Assembly (NCBI GenBank): GCA_951406725.2
Contig: OX597814.1
Location: forward strand, 94,922,001-94,986,000
Length of the DNA: 64,000 nt
Reading direction: 5' to 3'
From: Octopus vulgaris
Lineage: Eukaryota
Positions within the stretch are counted from its first letter, which is position 1, and each line of letters begins with the position of its first letter. The position numbers were made by a program, and so were the translations under genes. Below the pieces are notes generated by a model that was not told the DNA's origin, searched no databases, and saw nothing but the letters and a program-made list of their open reading frames with translations. Of the stretch, positions 1 through 11,875 are shown piece after piece.

Positions 1-180
1 AATAATCCAGAATCCTCGTCCAGTACCAAATCGATCCCCAAATCTAATTAATTCGTGCCAGTCACAAGGCCAAACATACCTGAAAATTTCACCCATATCC
101 ATTCAGCGGTTCTTGAGATATCTTGTCTACGGACAAACAAGCAAACGCGACTGAAAACAATACCTCCCGCCTTAGCGAAG
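1..180 (+). mobile_element. 3' part of a Helentron-like non-autonomous element (same family as 33733-34092)
   Basis: Aligns by eye with 33913-34080 (aataatccagaatcc...cagcggttcttgagatatcttgtc...cgactgaaaaca.tacc). Its 3' hairpin is cut after the first arm (tacctcccgccttagcgaag) by the (GAA)n tract. Confidence 0.6.
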
Positions 181-293
181 AAGAAGAAGAAGAAGAAGAA
201 GAAGAAGAAGAAGAAGAAGAAGAAGAAGAAGAAGAAGAAGAAGAAGAAGAAGAAGAAGAAGAAGAAGAAGAAGAAGAAGAAGAAGAAGAAGAA
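177..293 (+). repeat. (GAA)n microsatellite, ~39 units
   Basis: Pure gaa tandem run. Confidence 0.98.
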
Positions 294-1205
294 GACCACA
301 TTCAGCGGTGTTGGATGTTGGCACAGTCATAAAAGAACTCGAGCAGAAACAAACAAATAACTCGGAATAAATGAGGGCTCTGGCATTCAACATGCAAGTA
401 TGAAAGTGAAGATCAGGAAGGAGTGTTACAGGAGAGTTCTAGCAGTCCTAAAAATCCGAGATAAATGCACGTGAAAAGGTGTTAGCTATAAATTTCTTAG
501 CAGTTCCGGTTGTTATTTACAGTTTCAATGTGTTGAACTGGAATATCAACGAAATAAGGAAGATTGACAGGAAAATCCGTAACCTGTTGACTTGCGATAA
601 GCTATACCACCCAAAGGCAGACGCATGTTGTCTTTACCCACCCAGAGCTCAAGGAGGTCGAGGCTTGATCCAATTTGAAATCTCCTACAAAACCACCACA
701 ATTGAACTGGCAAAATATCTTGAAACATCTCACGACTGGATGCTCGTTGAAAACCATGAAAGACGTAAGTAACTTCATTCTGTTATGAAGGAGAGCAAAA
801 AAGATTTCAAGTAAGTTGAAATAATACCCAGGTTAAACAGTATGAGGAAAGTGCAGGAACTGTAGTTGCAAAGAAGGTGAAATCAATAGCAAAGCAAAAT
901 GCGCTTAAACAATTGGCTGACAGGTAGGAACAACAACCTCTGCATGGCAAATATGTGGCCCGTAGCAAACTAACTGATGTAGATCAGAAGCAGACCAATC
1001 AGTGGCTACGGAGCTCAGGGCTAAAGGCAGAGAGTGAAGGCTTTACCCTTAGCAACCCAATATCAGAGCTTATTGACCCGGAACTATCAAGCCAATGTGA
1101 TGAAAAATGGTGTAGACCCAAAGTGTCGATACTGCAACGATGGAATAGAAATAGTCGACTACTTAATCTCTTGATGTAGGGTTTTAACACCTGTAGAGTA
1201 CAAAT
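294..1205 (+). pseudogene. Older R4/Dong-clade non-LTR retrotransposon fragment (thumb to zinc knuckle)
   Basis: Translations include AINFLAVPVVIYSFNVLNW, YHPKAD..LY.PRAQGGRGL, PLHGKY, WLRSSGLKAESEGF and CRYCND, broken by stops and frameshifts. Homologous to but diverged from 3300-4330. Confidence 0.88.
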
Positions 1206-4200
1206 CAAAACATTGACATAAAATAAACCCAAAAGACATAAATGGACACGTGAGGAATACATTTCTATCCTACACGCTTACTTTACAGAAGTGCTCTACC
1301 CAAAGAATGAAAATACAACACATACATACAAAATATGGAAGAAAAATAACATAAATAAAGACCTGGATACATCAATGAACCCTAATAAACTAGCAAATAT
1401 ACGGAGATATATTCTGAACGCAAAAAAAAATATCAGAAATAGAAATAGAACATTTAAAAGAAAAAATACATCAGGAAATGTAAATAGAAGCCACACAACA
1501 ATGCCAAATAATATAAACACTGTAACAATAAAACACGAAGATAAACGTAACATTTCCAACAAAAACGATGTAAACAAAAAACAACAAACCCAGACCGTAA
1601 GGATACATAATAATACACGACAAACAGCAAGCCAAAACACGACAAACAAACATACGGATGAGATAGAAAGCGACACAAATCTAAAACCTGGAAACAACGA
1701 AGGGGAGCCTAATGATTATGAAACTATAAAAAAATAGAATAATCAAAGAACTGAAAACCACAGAGCTCAAAATGGACCACCGACCATACCTCCCAAGAAT
1801 CAAAATAGACGAAACAACAACATCAATTATAAACAACATAAACCTAGCCGTCACGGAACTAATAGCCACTGAAACAAAAAACGATATCACTGAGCTAAAT
1901 GACTTAGTATGCGCAGCAGCCACTGCAGCCACAAGAGAAGCTGGATACTCACTGAAACCCATCCAAATAGGAGTACCACCACCCAAACAAACCCTGTGGA
2001 TAAATAACATCCAAAACAAAATACAAAAATGAGAAAAGATCTGTCGATTCTTAATGAAATCAGTAGACAATCAACGCTACTGAGCAACAAAAAGAAAACA
2101 AAAATACTCCGCAAATACAACACCACAGAAAAAGATTTACTTGAGATAAAAGAAAAGCTGAAGCAAGATATCCTTGCCAAAGCACAAAGGATCCGCCGGT
2201 ACGAGAAACGCCAACGTTTCTTTGAACAAAACAAACAGTTCAACTCCAACCCCAAAAAGTTCTACCAAGAACTTGGCAAAAATAAAATAGAAATCACTAC
2301 AGCACCAACGACAGAAGAAGTGGAAGAATTCTGGAGAGAAATATGGTCGGCGAACGAACAACCAAAAAAAGGGAGTATTAAAACAACAAACTCAGCATCT
2401 GAGCAACTTTGGACCCCCATAACAACTGAAGAGGTCACCCAGGCACTGCAAAGACTAAGCAACTGGAAGGCACCTGGACATGACAAGATCCCCAACTTCT
2501 GGTTGAAATATCTAACAGGAATGCACAAAAAGCTGGCTGAAAACTTTAACAACATACTGGCAGAGCCAGAGACAATGCCTGAATGGCTCACGAAGGGGAA
2601 AACCATCTTAATTCCCAAATCAAACGAGACAGCAAAACCAGAAAACTACAGACCAATAACCTGTCTCCCTACAATGTACAAAGCATTTACTGCAGTAATA
2701 TCGCAAAGATTGAACAAGCACCTGGACGAAAACAACCGGTTTCCAGAAGAGCAGAAAGGATGCCGCAAAGGCTCATATGGCTGTAAAGATCAACAAATGA
2801 TTAATAAAGCCATAACTGAAGACAGCCACAGAAAGAAGAAAGGCCTCAGTATGGCCTGGATCGACTACAAAAAAGCGTTTGATAGCATCCCCCACACATG
2901 GATTCTCGAAACACTAGCCATGAACAAAGTTGCAACAACTCTATAAATAAATGGCAAACAGTTCTACAGCTCCAAACAAAAGAGGGACTTGTGAAAACCA
3001 AAGCCATCCCCATTAGAAGAGGAATATTCCAGGGAGATACGCTCTCTCCACTCCTTTTCTGCTTGGCACTGTCACCTCTATCGGATATGCTAAACAGAAC
3101 TGGATGCGGATATAAATGTTACGGCAAAAAGATCAGCCACTTTTTATATATGGATGACCTAAAACTATACGCTACAAACAGCTAGAAATGACAAACAGCT
3201 AGAAACACTACTAAAGACAGTTCATGGATTTACCAAAGAAATAGATATGAAATTTGGATTAGAGAAATGCTCCAAAGTAACCCTGAAAAGAGGAAAACTA
3301 ATTAAGAGTAGCAACATCACACTAGATAAAACCAATGAAATAAAAGAATTAGACCAAAACCAAACTTACAAATACTTAGGAATCCATGAACTAGATAAGA
3401 CACAACACACACAAATGAAAGAGAAAATAAAAAAAAGAATATTATAGACGAGTTAGATCAATACTGAAAACAGAGCTCAATGCTAAAAACAAGATAATAG
3501 GTATCAGCACTTTAGCCGTCCCAGTTATAAGTAACAGCTACAATATCCTTAACTGGACACTAAATGAACTGACCAAAATAGATAGGAAAACAAGAAAAAT
3601 AATGACAGGATCTAGGATGCATCACCCAAAATCTGACATAGAAAGGTTGTATATACAACGTATAGATGGTGGTGGAGGCCTTATACAGCTGGAAAACTAC
3701 TATAATATAACCACCATAGGACTGCAAAAATATCTACTTCAGAAGGAAGGAAAACTGATACAAATAGCGGCAAAACACGAGCAAAACAAAAAACTGTTCT
3801 CAGTATTTAAGGAAGCTGACAAATACAAACAAGAAATCATACCACCTAACAAATATGAAGAAGAAGAAGAAGAAGAAGAAGAAGAAGAAGAAGAAGAAGA
3901 AGAAGAAGAAGAAGAAGAAGAAGAAGAAGAAGAAGAAGAAGAAGAAGAAGAAGAAGAAGAAGAAGAAGAAGAAGAAACAACAAAAGCTATAAAATAAATG
4001 AAATCCAAACTAAATATAGAACAGCAACGAACCACGATAAAACGATGGCAAGAAAAGCACCTTCATGGCAAATACTGGACTAAACTAAATGCAAAGGAAA
4101 TAGACAAAGAAAAATCCCAACAATGGTTGTGAAGCTCAGGACTCAAAGCAAAGACTAAAGGATTTTTAATTGCAGCACAAGACCAAAGCCTCCCCACCAG

Positions 4201-4905
4201 AAATTACCAAAAACATGTAATGAAAAGAAATATAACAAGTAACTGCAGAATATGTGGAGATGGACGAGAAACAATAAATCATATTATCTCTGGCTGCCCA
4301 GTCCTGGCTAACAAGGAATATATTCACAGACACGACAGAGTTGGGACCTATATACACTGGAAACTATGCCAACATTATGGAATAACAACAGAAAAAAGAT
4401 GGTATAGGCACACACCAGAAAAGGTCACAGAAAACGAGAAAGCAACCATACTCTGGGATATGCCAATACACACAGATAGAGAAATTAAGGCCAACAGACC
4501 AGATATAGTTGTCAGAGATCATGAAGAAAAAAAATGTGTTCTAATTGATGTATCAATACCAGAGGATGACAATGTGTCTCTAAAAGAAATGGAGAAACTT
4601 TCAAAATACAAAGGCCTGGAAATAGAGGTAACCAGAATGTGGAATCTAAAACCAGAAACAATTCCTATCATAATAGGTGCATTAGGCATGATAAAAAAAT
4701 ATTCAGACAAATACATAACAAAAACACCAGGACTTACAAACACATAACATACAGAAAATTGCACTACTAGGCACTGCACACATCCTACGCAGAACACTTT
4801 CCATACAATAACCATCAGAGCATCACAACAAATCACAGCACATACCCAAGGCACACAGAGCTGCGCTCGGTAGTGAAGTGAAAGCACGATATAAAAAATA
4901 TACTA

Positions 4906-4908
<3 letters not shown>
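1201..4908 (+). mobile_element. Near-full-length R4/Dong-clade LINE (reverse transcriptase + CCHC zinc knuckle + restriction-like endonuclease), disrupted
   Basis: N-terminal KRHKWTREE. RT motifs NYRPITCLPTMYK, QKGCRKG, AWIDYKKAFDSIPH, GIFQGDTLSPLLF and YMDDLKL. Zinc knuckle CRICGDGRETINHIISGC. RLE motifs RHD and PDIVV..IDVSIP..EKLSKY. Short 3' UTR then (TAA)n tail. The single ORF is split into several pieces. Confidence 0.95.
3857..3976 (+). repeat. (GAA)40 in frame within the LINE ORF (poly-Glu)
   Basis: ORF 3602-3997 reads NKY-E(n)-TTKAIK. Confidence 0.95.

Positions 4909-4986
<78 letters not shown>
4909..4986 (+). repeat. (TAA)n tail/target of the Dong element
   Basis: Pure taa run directly after the 3' UTR. 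Confidence 0.95.
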
Positions 4987-4987
<1 letters not shown>

Positions 4988-5199
4988 GTTTTAAATTTTG
5001 GATCAAGCCCAGCAATTTCGAGTGAGTAGGTAAGTCGACCCCATTCCTTTCTATATTGTCCGCAATTCTACCTTTTTCGCCATAGACAGTGAAGATAGGA
5101 AAACTGCTTACCTTATCTATAAGAGATAGACAGCTAGGTAATCTTGAAAGTGAATCCGACTTATAGCCAGATTCATCACACACAACAACAGCAGTTCAG

Positions 5200-5900
5200 A
5201 GTAACTCTACAGACCAGCAACACTCGAGCGTTCAGAACAATTTTGCTGTTCAGATTACATTTCAAACCGATCAATGCCTGTACATTTTATTCTAGTCCGG
5301 ATTTGTACTTAATTTTCTCACCTTTGATGGCGCTCTCAGGATAAGGATTTTAAGTTATTGATAATCCATATGTTCATATTGATCCAAAATAAATCATTCA
5401 ATTTATCTTTATCGATGTGCAGAACTCCCGAGAACTTAGTCGCTCATACACGCTACTGAGCATATAAGCATGTATAAAAATGTATGAATTGTCTTTTGGC
5501 TTGTAGTACTGAATTCAATTCAGCATCCACTCACTGGTAAAGCTATTTTCTGTAGGCCGACATATGTAGTCCTCCTCTACTTAAGGTTACATAAACTAGC
5601 GTTGAACATCAAGCTTTTGGATCCTTGTAAATTGGAAAACATTAATTAGTGATGAACACCTAATGAAGCGAGTTGCATCCTGGTATTGATTCCTTCTTTG
5701 TTGAAGTAATTTAGTTCACTTTAAAGCCTTTCAGAAATGCTTGACTGTGAGGAAGGTTCATTCTGAATTATCAATTTGTAGGTTTAGATAATATGATTGC
5801 CACTACGTTCATTTAGGCTAAACTCGGTGTTCAAAATATGCTTCATGAGGTTAACAGCATTGAGAAAAGTCATGAACACCTGAACACCTCAACTTCGTAT
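5200..5900 (-). pseudogene. Highly decayed Penelope-like element fragment (GIY-YIG region)
   Basis: Minus strand gives TYVG..TENSF-like residues near 5545-5575 and an LVY motif upstream of it. Heavily frameshifted. Confidence 0.4.
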
Positions 5901-6284
5901 AATAACTGATTATTCATATGTACGTATGAAGCAATTACTCATTCCTGTTACTATCCCTTTACTTAGAGAGAGAGAGAGAGAGGGGGGTAATGAGAGAGCT
6001 GAGAGAAAGAGAGAGACAAGAAAGAGAAAAGCATATTCACTTATGTTCTTTAATGTGTTTCTGAGTGTGCTACATGTGCATATAAGTGTGTGTGTGTGTT
6101 GTGTTGTGTTTGAATAAATGTTTCAAAATGGAATGAGAATTTGCATAGTGCAATCAGCTACCCACTAAGCAGCCTTTAGACTTTTCATTGCATTTTCTCA
6201 TCTAAGCGAATATTCAAACTAAATTATCGTAGCATAACACAACTAATGAACCGAGATCCTATAGCTGTACAGAGTGGTGCGTAG

Positions 6285-6374
6285 TAGCTACAGCAAGCAG
6301 TAGCAGATAAATGTATCGACTCCAGCAGCAGCCGTAGCAGCAGCAGCAGTAGCAGTCGCAGTAGCAGTAGCAGT

Positions 6375-6436
<62 letters not shown>

Positions 6437-6437
6437 C
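6285..6437. repeat. Compound (AGC)/(AGT)n microsatellite
   Basis: agc units grading into agt units. Confidence 0.95.
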
Positions 6438-6579
6438 TCCAGCATAATTTCTTGTGATTCAATTATCACAGTTGAGCTATGGAGTGTCTGGTGTTATTAA
6501 TGAGACAGGAATGAGTTCAGAGTTCTAGTTGTTTTGATTGTTGTGGTTAATGTGGTTATTGTTCAAAAGAAATCGGGTA

Positions 6580-7270
6580 GAGAAATGGAAGCCGCCGGGA
6601 CTAATGTGACCATTTCCTTCTGATATTCTCCAGAAAAGCTGACAGCCTTTATCGAGTTAGTTACAAAGATTGATGTATGAGCTGGAAGAGCTAACCTTCA
6701 CTTTGTAAGATTCCGAGCTGGAAAGTAAGAGCTGAATGGTTTCACCATTTCGTATGTAGTCTAGATATTCGACATTGTTTGAATCACAATAACGCTATTG
6801 TTGTTTCTTCTGTTGTGTATATATCTCTTTCTCGCTGTATAAACTTCGAACACTGAATATTTTGCGCCGCGCGCGACGTCAGAGTAACACACACGTTGGA
6901 CAAGTATTATAATTGTAACCGTCCCAGGTTTCCTTTGTCGTAATATATCCAGAAATCCAGTCTTTCATTATCGAATATATCCAACTGTTTTTTAAACAAT
7001 TGGGTTTCATCTGGAAGAGAAATCCACCACAAGGTCCAGTCTTTGTGGTGGTATTGTGGCTTGTATGCCTCAGTGACCCTGGGAGTTTTTCCAGCAGAGC
7101 GCAACATCGTGGTAGATCTTCCCATACTGGACAGGCTAAATGACGGAGGCCAGACTAATAATTATCACCTCTTCCGAGAGGTAAAACTTAGTTTGCGTAG
7201 AGCCAACACTCCAAGAAAAAAGTAAAGTTACAGAAATATCCATGACAATTCAAAACCAAGAAGACCTGGG
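6580..7270 (-). pseudogene. Possible decayed Ty3/Gypsy pol remnants
   Basis: Minus strand WEDLP...LPGSLRHTSHNTTTKTGP resembles the end of an integrase core, and NVEYLDYI resembles RT VEYLGY. Very degenerate, and the domain order is atypical. Confidence 0.3.
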
Positions 7271-7527
7271 ATAGGAAGGACTTCCCTCCTAGAAACACAT
7301 AATGTAATGCAACGAAATCAGTCTGAACAATCATATGGTGAACCTATGTGGCAATGACTGCGACAAAATTACCAAGATGGCTGTGATTGTCACGTACCGT
7401 TTTCCGTACATATTTACACCATTTCTTACCTGTTTCAATTTGAAGTGTCAATATGTTACCCAGTGAACATAAACGTCGAATTAATCGAGTTTCTGGCCAA
7501 ACTAGGACTCAGCAAGGTTGACCTGGC

Positions 7528-7790
7528 TCTCCGTCGGTGAGACGAGTATTCCAGCTGATTCAACGGAACAGCCAGCACTCCACAGACATACCTAACATTA
7601 ACGTAGTTCTCAGGGAGATTCAGCGTGACAAAAAATATGACAAAGATATAACTCATTTATGCCAGCTGAATGGACTGGAGCAACGGGATATAGAGTGTTT
7701 TGCTCAAGGACACAACACGTAACAGGGAATCGAACACACGACCATACGATCGTGAACCGAATACCCTAACCACAAAGCCACGCGCGTCCG
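7528..7790 (-). mobile_element. tRNA-derived SINE (OR-like family)
   Basis: Reverse complement starts gcgcgtggctttgtggttagggtattcgg (A box) ... gttcgattccc (B box), then a tgtgtccttgagcaaaacact core. Confidence 0.8.
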
Positions 7791-8275
7791 CTCGGCAAAG
7801 ATAAGACATCCACAAATTTGGTCAGTTACAAACATTTCTTAATTGCATAGTTTACACTGGTGAGCATCGTTTATTTCATTATTGTGTTGCTATATATATA
7901 TTTGTGTATCAAAAACCAAGCCTTCTGCTTTTGTTTTCATTACTGATATTTCGATCCATTGTTCATTTTAATTCCGGTTTGCTTATTCTTTGTCGAGTTT
8001 TATGAGATATTGGCCATGGAGGTTTTTTTCAATCTGCTTTCTCATTATTATATCAATACTGCTTTGATTTTGTTTTTCTATATTTTTTTATCCTTTTCTG
8101 ATGATTCTTTTTATATCTAAATCTTTTTACTTCAGTGCAGTTGCTTACCTGTTTGTACTGTTTTCTTAAACATATATAAATTTGTACGTCTTTATTTATT
8201 AATCTTTTAGTTTGTTTCTACTTATTTTCTTATCCCCACTATCTTCATTTAATACTAGCTCTCTGTTTGTATCAG

Positions 8276-8338
<63 letters not shown>

Positions 8339-8341
<3 letters not shown>

Positions 8342-8580
8342 TAGTTTTATTTTTATAGCGTGCTTTCACTCCACTACCGAGCGCAGCTCTGTGTGCCTTG
8401 GGTATGTGCTGTGATTTGTTGTGATGCTCTGATGGTTATTGTATGGAAAGTGTTCTGCGTAGGATGTGTGCAGTGCCTAGTAGTGCAATTTTCTGTATGT
8501 TATACGTGTTTGTAAGTCCTGGTGTTTTTGTTATGTATTTGTCTGAATATTTTTTTATCATGCCTAATGCACTAATGCAC
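8339..8580 (-). mobile_element. 5'-truncated Dong 3' end flanked on both sides by (TAA)n
   Basis: Nearly identical to 4677-4908 (ALGMIKKYSDKYITKTPGLTNT plus 3' UTR). (tta)n at 8277-8338 and 8581-8641. Confidence 0.95.
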
Positions 8581-8641
<61 letters not shown>

Positions 8642-8642
<1 letters not shown>

Positions 8643-9306
8643 GACGTCGCACAATCTACAATATTGTGAGGTTGTCGATTGAAGATATTGTATCTACTGC
8701 ATGTTTATACTGTTTGTCAACTCACAAGGACCTCAGGCAGAGGACTTTTGCCTTCCCCCTTCCGTCCATTATCTATTCCGGTGTATATTGGTACCAAGCA
8801 CCAGTAACTTCATATCCATACTTACGGCACAGTAACCAGTGGAGGTTTTGCGCCACTTTGTCGTGTCTACGCCTGTACTCTTTCTGCGCAAGACTTTCAC
8901 AGGCACTAACAATGTGAGTTACACTTTCGACCCTCTTCCCGTATATTCTGCAGAAGTCCGATGCACTTGTGTGGTATATATTCTTTTTCCTTGAGTTGGT
9001 ATTCAATGCCCGGTCCTGGGCCGCGATGATTAGCGTTTCAGTATTCTTTTTTAGGTCACCCTTGTTGAGCCACCTCCATGGAGCTCCCTGGTCTTTTAAT
9101 TTGTTGGTTTCACGGTGGAACTGACCATGTAATTCCATACAGAGTAGGGTTTCTTCTCTCTCGTTGGCTGTTCTTGTTCGGAATTCATGAGCACTCTCAA
9201 GTCCATTTTTGCTAACTCCTTCTGCCCTAACAGCATACTGTAGTAGGTTTTCTTTGCTGTTTACCATATACTCTACTATGCTTCTTCTTTCCCTGTTGAT
9301 GCACTC
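8642..9306 (-). mobile_element. Second Dong-family fragment, 5'-truncated and internally deleted, in (TAA)n
   Basis: ORF 8773-9267 contains LHGQF, WRWLNKGDLKKNTETLIIAAQD, CRI..VESVTHIVSAC and YRRRHDKVA. Flanked by (tta)n on both sides. Confidence 0.9.
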
Positions 9307-9307
9307 C

Positions 9308-9357
<50 letters not shown>

Positions 9358-9358
<1 letters not shown>

Positions 9359-9485
9359 TCCGAGGTCAACTTTGCCTTTCATCCTTTCGGGGTCGATAAA
9401 TTAAGTACCAGTGGGACACTGAGGTCGATGTAATCGACTAGTCCCCTGCCCACAAATTTCAGGCCTTGTGCCTTTAGTAGAAAAG

Positions 9486-9550
<65 letters not shown>

Positions 9551-9925
9551 CATTATTATTATAATTATTATTATTAGCTCGGTGAGCTGCCTGAATCTCT
9601 AGCACACCGAACAAAATGCGTAGCGGCGTTTCGACCGTCTTTACATTCTCAGTTCATATTCCACCGAGGTCGTCTCTATCTTTCATCTTTTCAGGTTCGA
9701 TATAGTAAGTACCAGTTGAATTCTGAGGGGAATGTAACTGGCTTGCTCCTTTCCCCAAAATGTCAGGTTTCGTGCCTATAGTAGAAAGGTTATCATTATT
9801 ATTGTTAGCGCGGCGAACAGGCAGAATCGGTAGCACACCTGACAAAATGCTTAGCAGCATTTTCCGGTCTTATGTCCTGAGTTTAAATTCCGCTACAGTG
9901 GACTTTGCCTATCATTTTTGCAGGG
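9358..9925 (+). mobile_element. Three tandem copies/fragments of the gcggcgagctggcagaa SINE family (Meta-domain-like) separated by (TTA)n
   Basis: Shared core gaggtcgactttgcctttcatcctttcggggtcgataaattaagtaccag and a gagttcaaattcc B-box-like motif. Confidence 0.88.
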
Positions 9926-10019
9926 ATGAAAACGGTAGCTGTTGTTGTTTCATGTCTTGAGATTTAATGAAAGCATGTTTCCCGGGAGATGAAGAAATTA
10001 GAACTGAAACTCAAGCATA

Positions 10020-10725
10020 TTGTTTCGTTTTGGGATTTGGTTTGCAAGATTCTTTATACGAGTTCGTGTGTTGAAGCATATTCTGTTGTGTCTTGGGGAG
10101 AGACATTTTCTTTTTGTGCCTTATAATGTAACACACTCACCGGTAAAATTTCCACTTTTTTCTTATTTTTATTTTCCTAAAATTTTCGTTGCGTCTTGCA
10201 ACCTTTTCAATAGTATTGACTCTCAACTATATTGAGTCTTAATTTAAAATTAGTTTTAGTCTGTTGACTAAGACTTATTTAAAATCAAATTTTAGCGTTG
10301 TTTCCAGAGCTTCTATGACAAGAAGTATAACTATATTTGTATGTTTCAAAGCTTTATTAGTTTTCATGTCAATTCCAGATACTTTTATCACTAACGCTTT
10401 CTCATAATATATATTATAGTAAATTCGATATTACCCATACCTTATTTGTTTCTGTTATAATCATAGTTGGTTTGTTTCTTTTTTACGTAATTAAGTTGCA
10501 CAGAGAAAAGCTAAAACATCTTACAATAATATAACAACTCTTGGTTATTGATGGTACCAATTTTCCTTTTAATTTTTTTACTTTAAACTTCCAGCTAACC
10601 GTCCAGTGGTTCCTTTTCCTAGCAGGTTCAGTTTTTATTTTATTCACTTATTTATTGCTATCTTTCTGAAGATACTATATTATTGATAATAATTCTCTAA
10701 AAGAGATATAGACAGTAACTGCTCG
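10020..10725 (-). mobile_element. Penelope-like element 3' remnant
   Basis: Degenerate hammerhead motif at 10177-10213. Terminal motif tgttgtgtct...taacacactca.cggt.aatttccac shared with 30271-30331. Confidence 0.45.
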
Positions 10726-10938
10726 ATAACATAAGGGACTAAAGCCATCTGAATATGGCTAGGGACAGGGCAGGGTGGTGGGGGTGTTACTGTTGCATTT
10801 AGCCCCAGGCGAACATCGACGTCACCAGAAAGGCTCGGGTGACGTCGATGTTCGCCTGGGGCTAAATGCAACAGTAACACCCCCACCACCCTGCCCTGTC
10901 CCTAGCCATATTCAGATGGCTTTAGTCCCTTATGTTAT
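10726..10938. repeat. Perfect inverted repeat: 101-bp arms, 11-bp spacer (hairpin/MITE-like)
   Basis: 10726-10826 is the exact reverse complement of 10838-10938. Spacer agaaaggctcg. Confidence 0.97.
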
Positions 10939-10939
10939 A

Positions 10940-11620
10940 TTATTGATGTTTTCTTACTTTGCCACATCCAGTACTTTGCTGGCTGCTGTGTCAGGTTTTG
11001 CTTTAATGGGATATATTCTTATCAACAAATAACCATGCCTATTGTTCCTCTCCTAATCATATACGTTGCTTGCCTAGCAAACTGCTCATTCACAATACAA
11101 TTCTACTAGCTTTCCATCTTGTTGCTACATAGTTTTGTTTGTAATATTATTTTTCTTCTACGTTTTCACTAATCATCTTTCGAGCTGCACATATAAGCTT
11201 CTCATTTTTGCTAACATATATGCATAATCCTATAATTGCCAAATGTTCTTACTGTTACATTGGATAATCAGCTGCCCCCGCCTCGTTTTATAAATATACA
11301 CAGTTTACTAACATTCAGTGTGGGAGTAACTCGCTGTGCATTGTTAACGGCTTTCTGGTGCGTCTTTTCATTTGATCCAGTTCATATTTCGTCTATTCAT
11401 GAAAGGCAATAAAAGATTTCAATACTATTATTGATCCTTTAATGATGTTCCTTCCATTTAGTTTTATATCTTGGATTTTCATGGTCGTTCTTTTGTATTC
11501 ATCTCCAGATTTGTCTTTCATTTCTTTCTGCTTCGCACCATCATTCTGCTGCACAGCCAGGCCAGTTATGCATAGATTTCTTCGTTCATCACTGATCATA
11601 TTACTTTGTTGTCTCTAACG
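10940..11620 (-). pseudogene. Old Dong/R4-type LINE fragments
   Basis: MKDKSGDEYKRT..KLNGRNIIK (11393-11599) and QFARQ-like residues near 11070. Confidence 0.5.
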
Positions 11621-11875
11621 GTAATTCTTTCAGACTTTATCTTTTTTGCATCAGTGCACACTAGATGATTGATTCCAACGTTACTTTTGGCTAAGTAATA
11701 TTTTGGTTAACAGTTTTCTGATGTATATGTGGCAGAAAATGAAAGAAATAATAAACACAAAACGTAGATAATAAATCTCCTTGGAAAATACCTCCTTTAA
11801 TCTCAATTTCGACCGTTGATTCTTGACTACATGTCAACTTGACTCGCCTTAAGAAAGTTTATTTCAGTATGACAC

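Noticed and set aside
48-393. Poly-K/E/F/S/L ORFs, and similar homopolymer or dipeptide ORFs throughout (17540, 36507, 47775, 53243, 58847, 60484, 63286)
   Set aside because: They are translations of microsatellites lacking stop codons, with no coding evidence.
2029-2946. 305-aa RT ORF as an active or domesticated gene
   Set aside because: It is only one piece of a LINE ORF broken by multiple stops and frameshifts.
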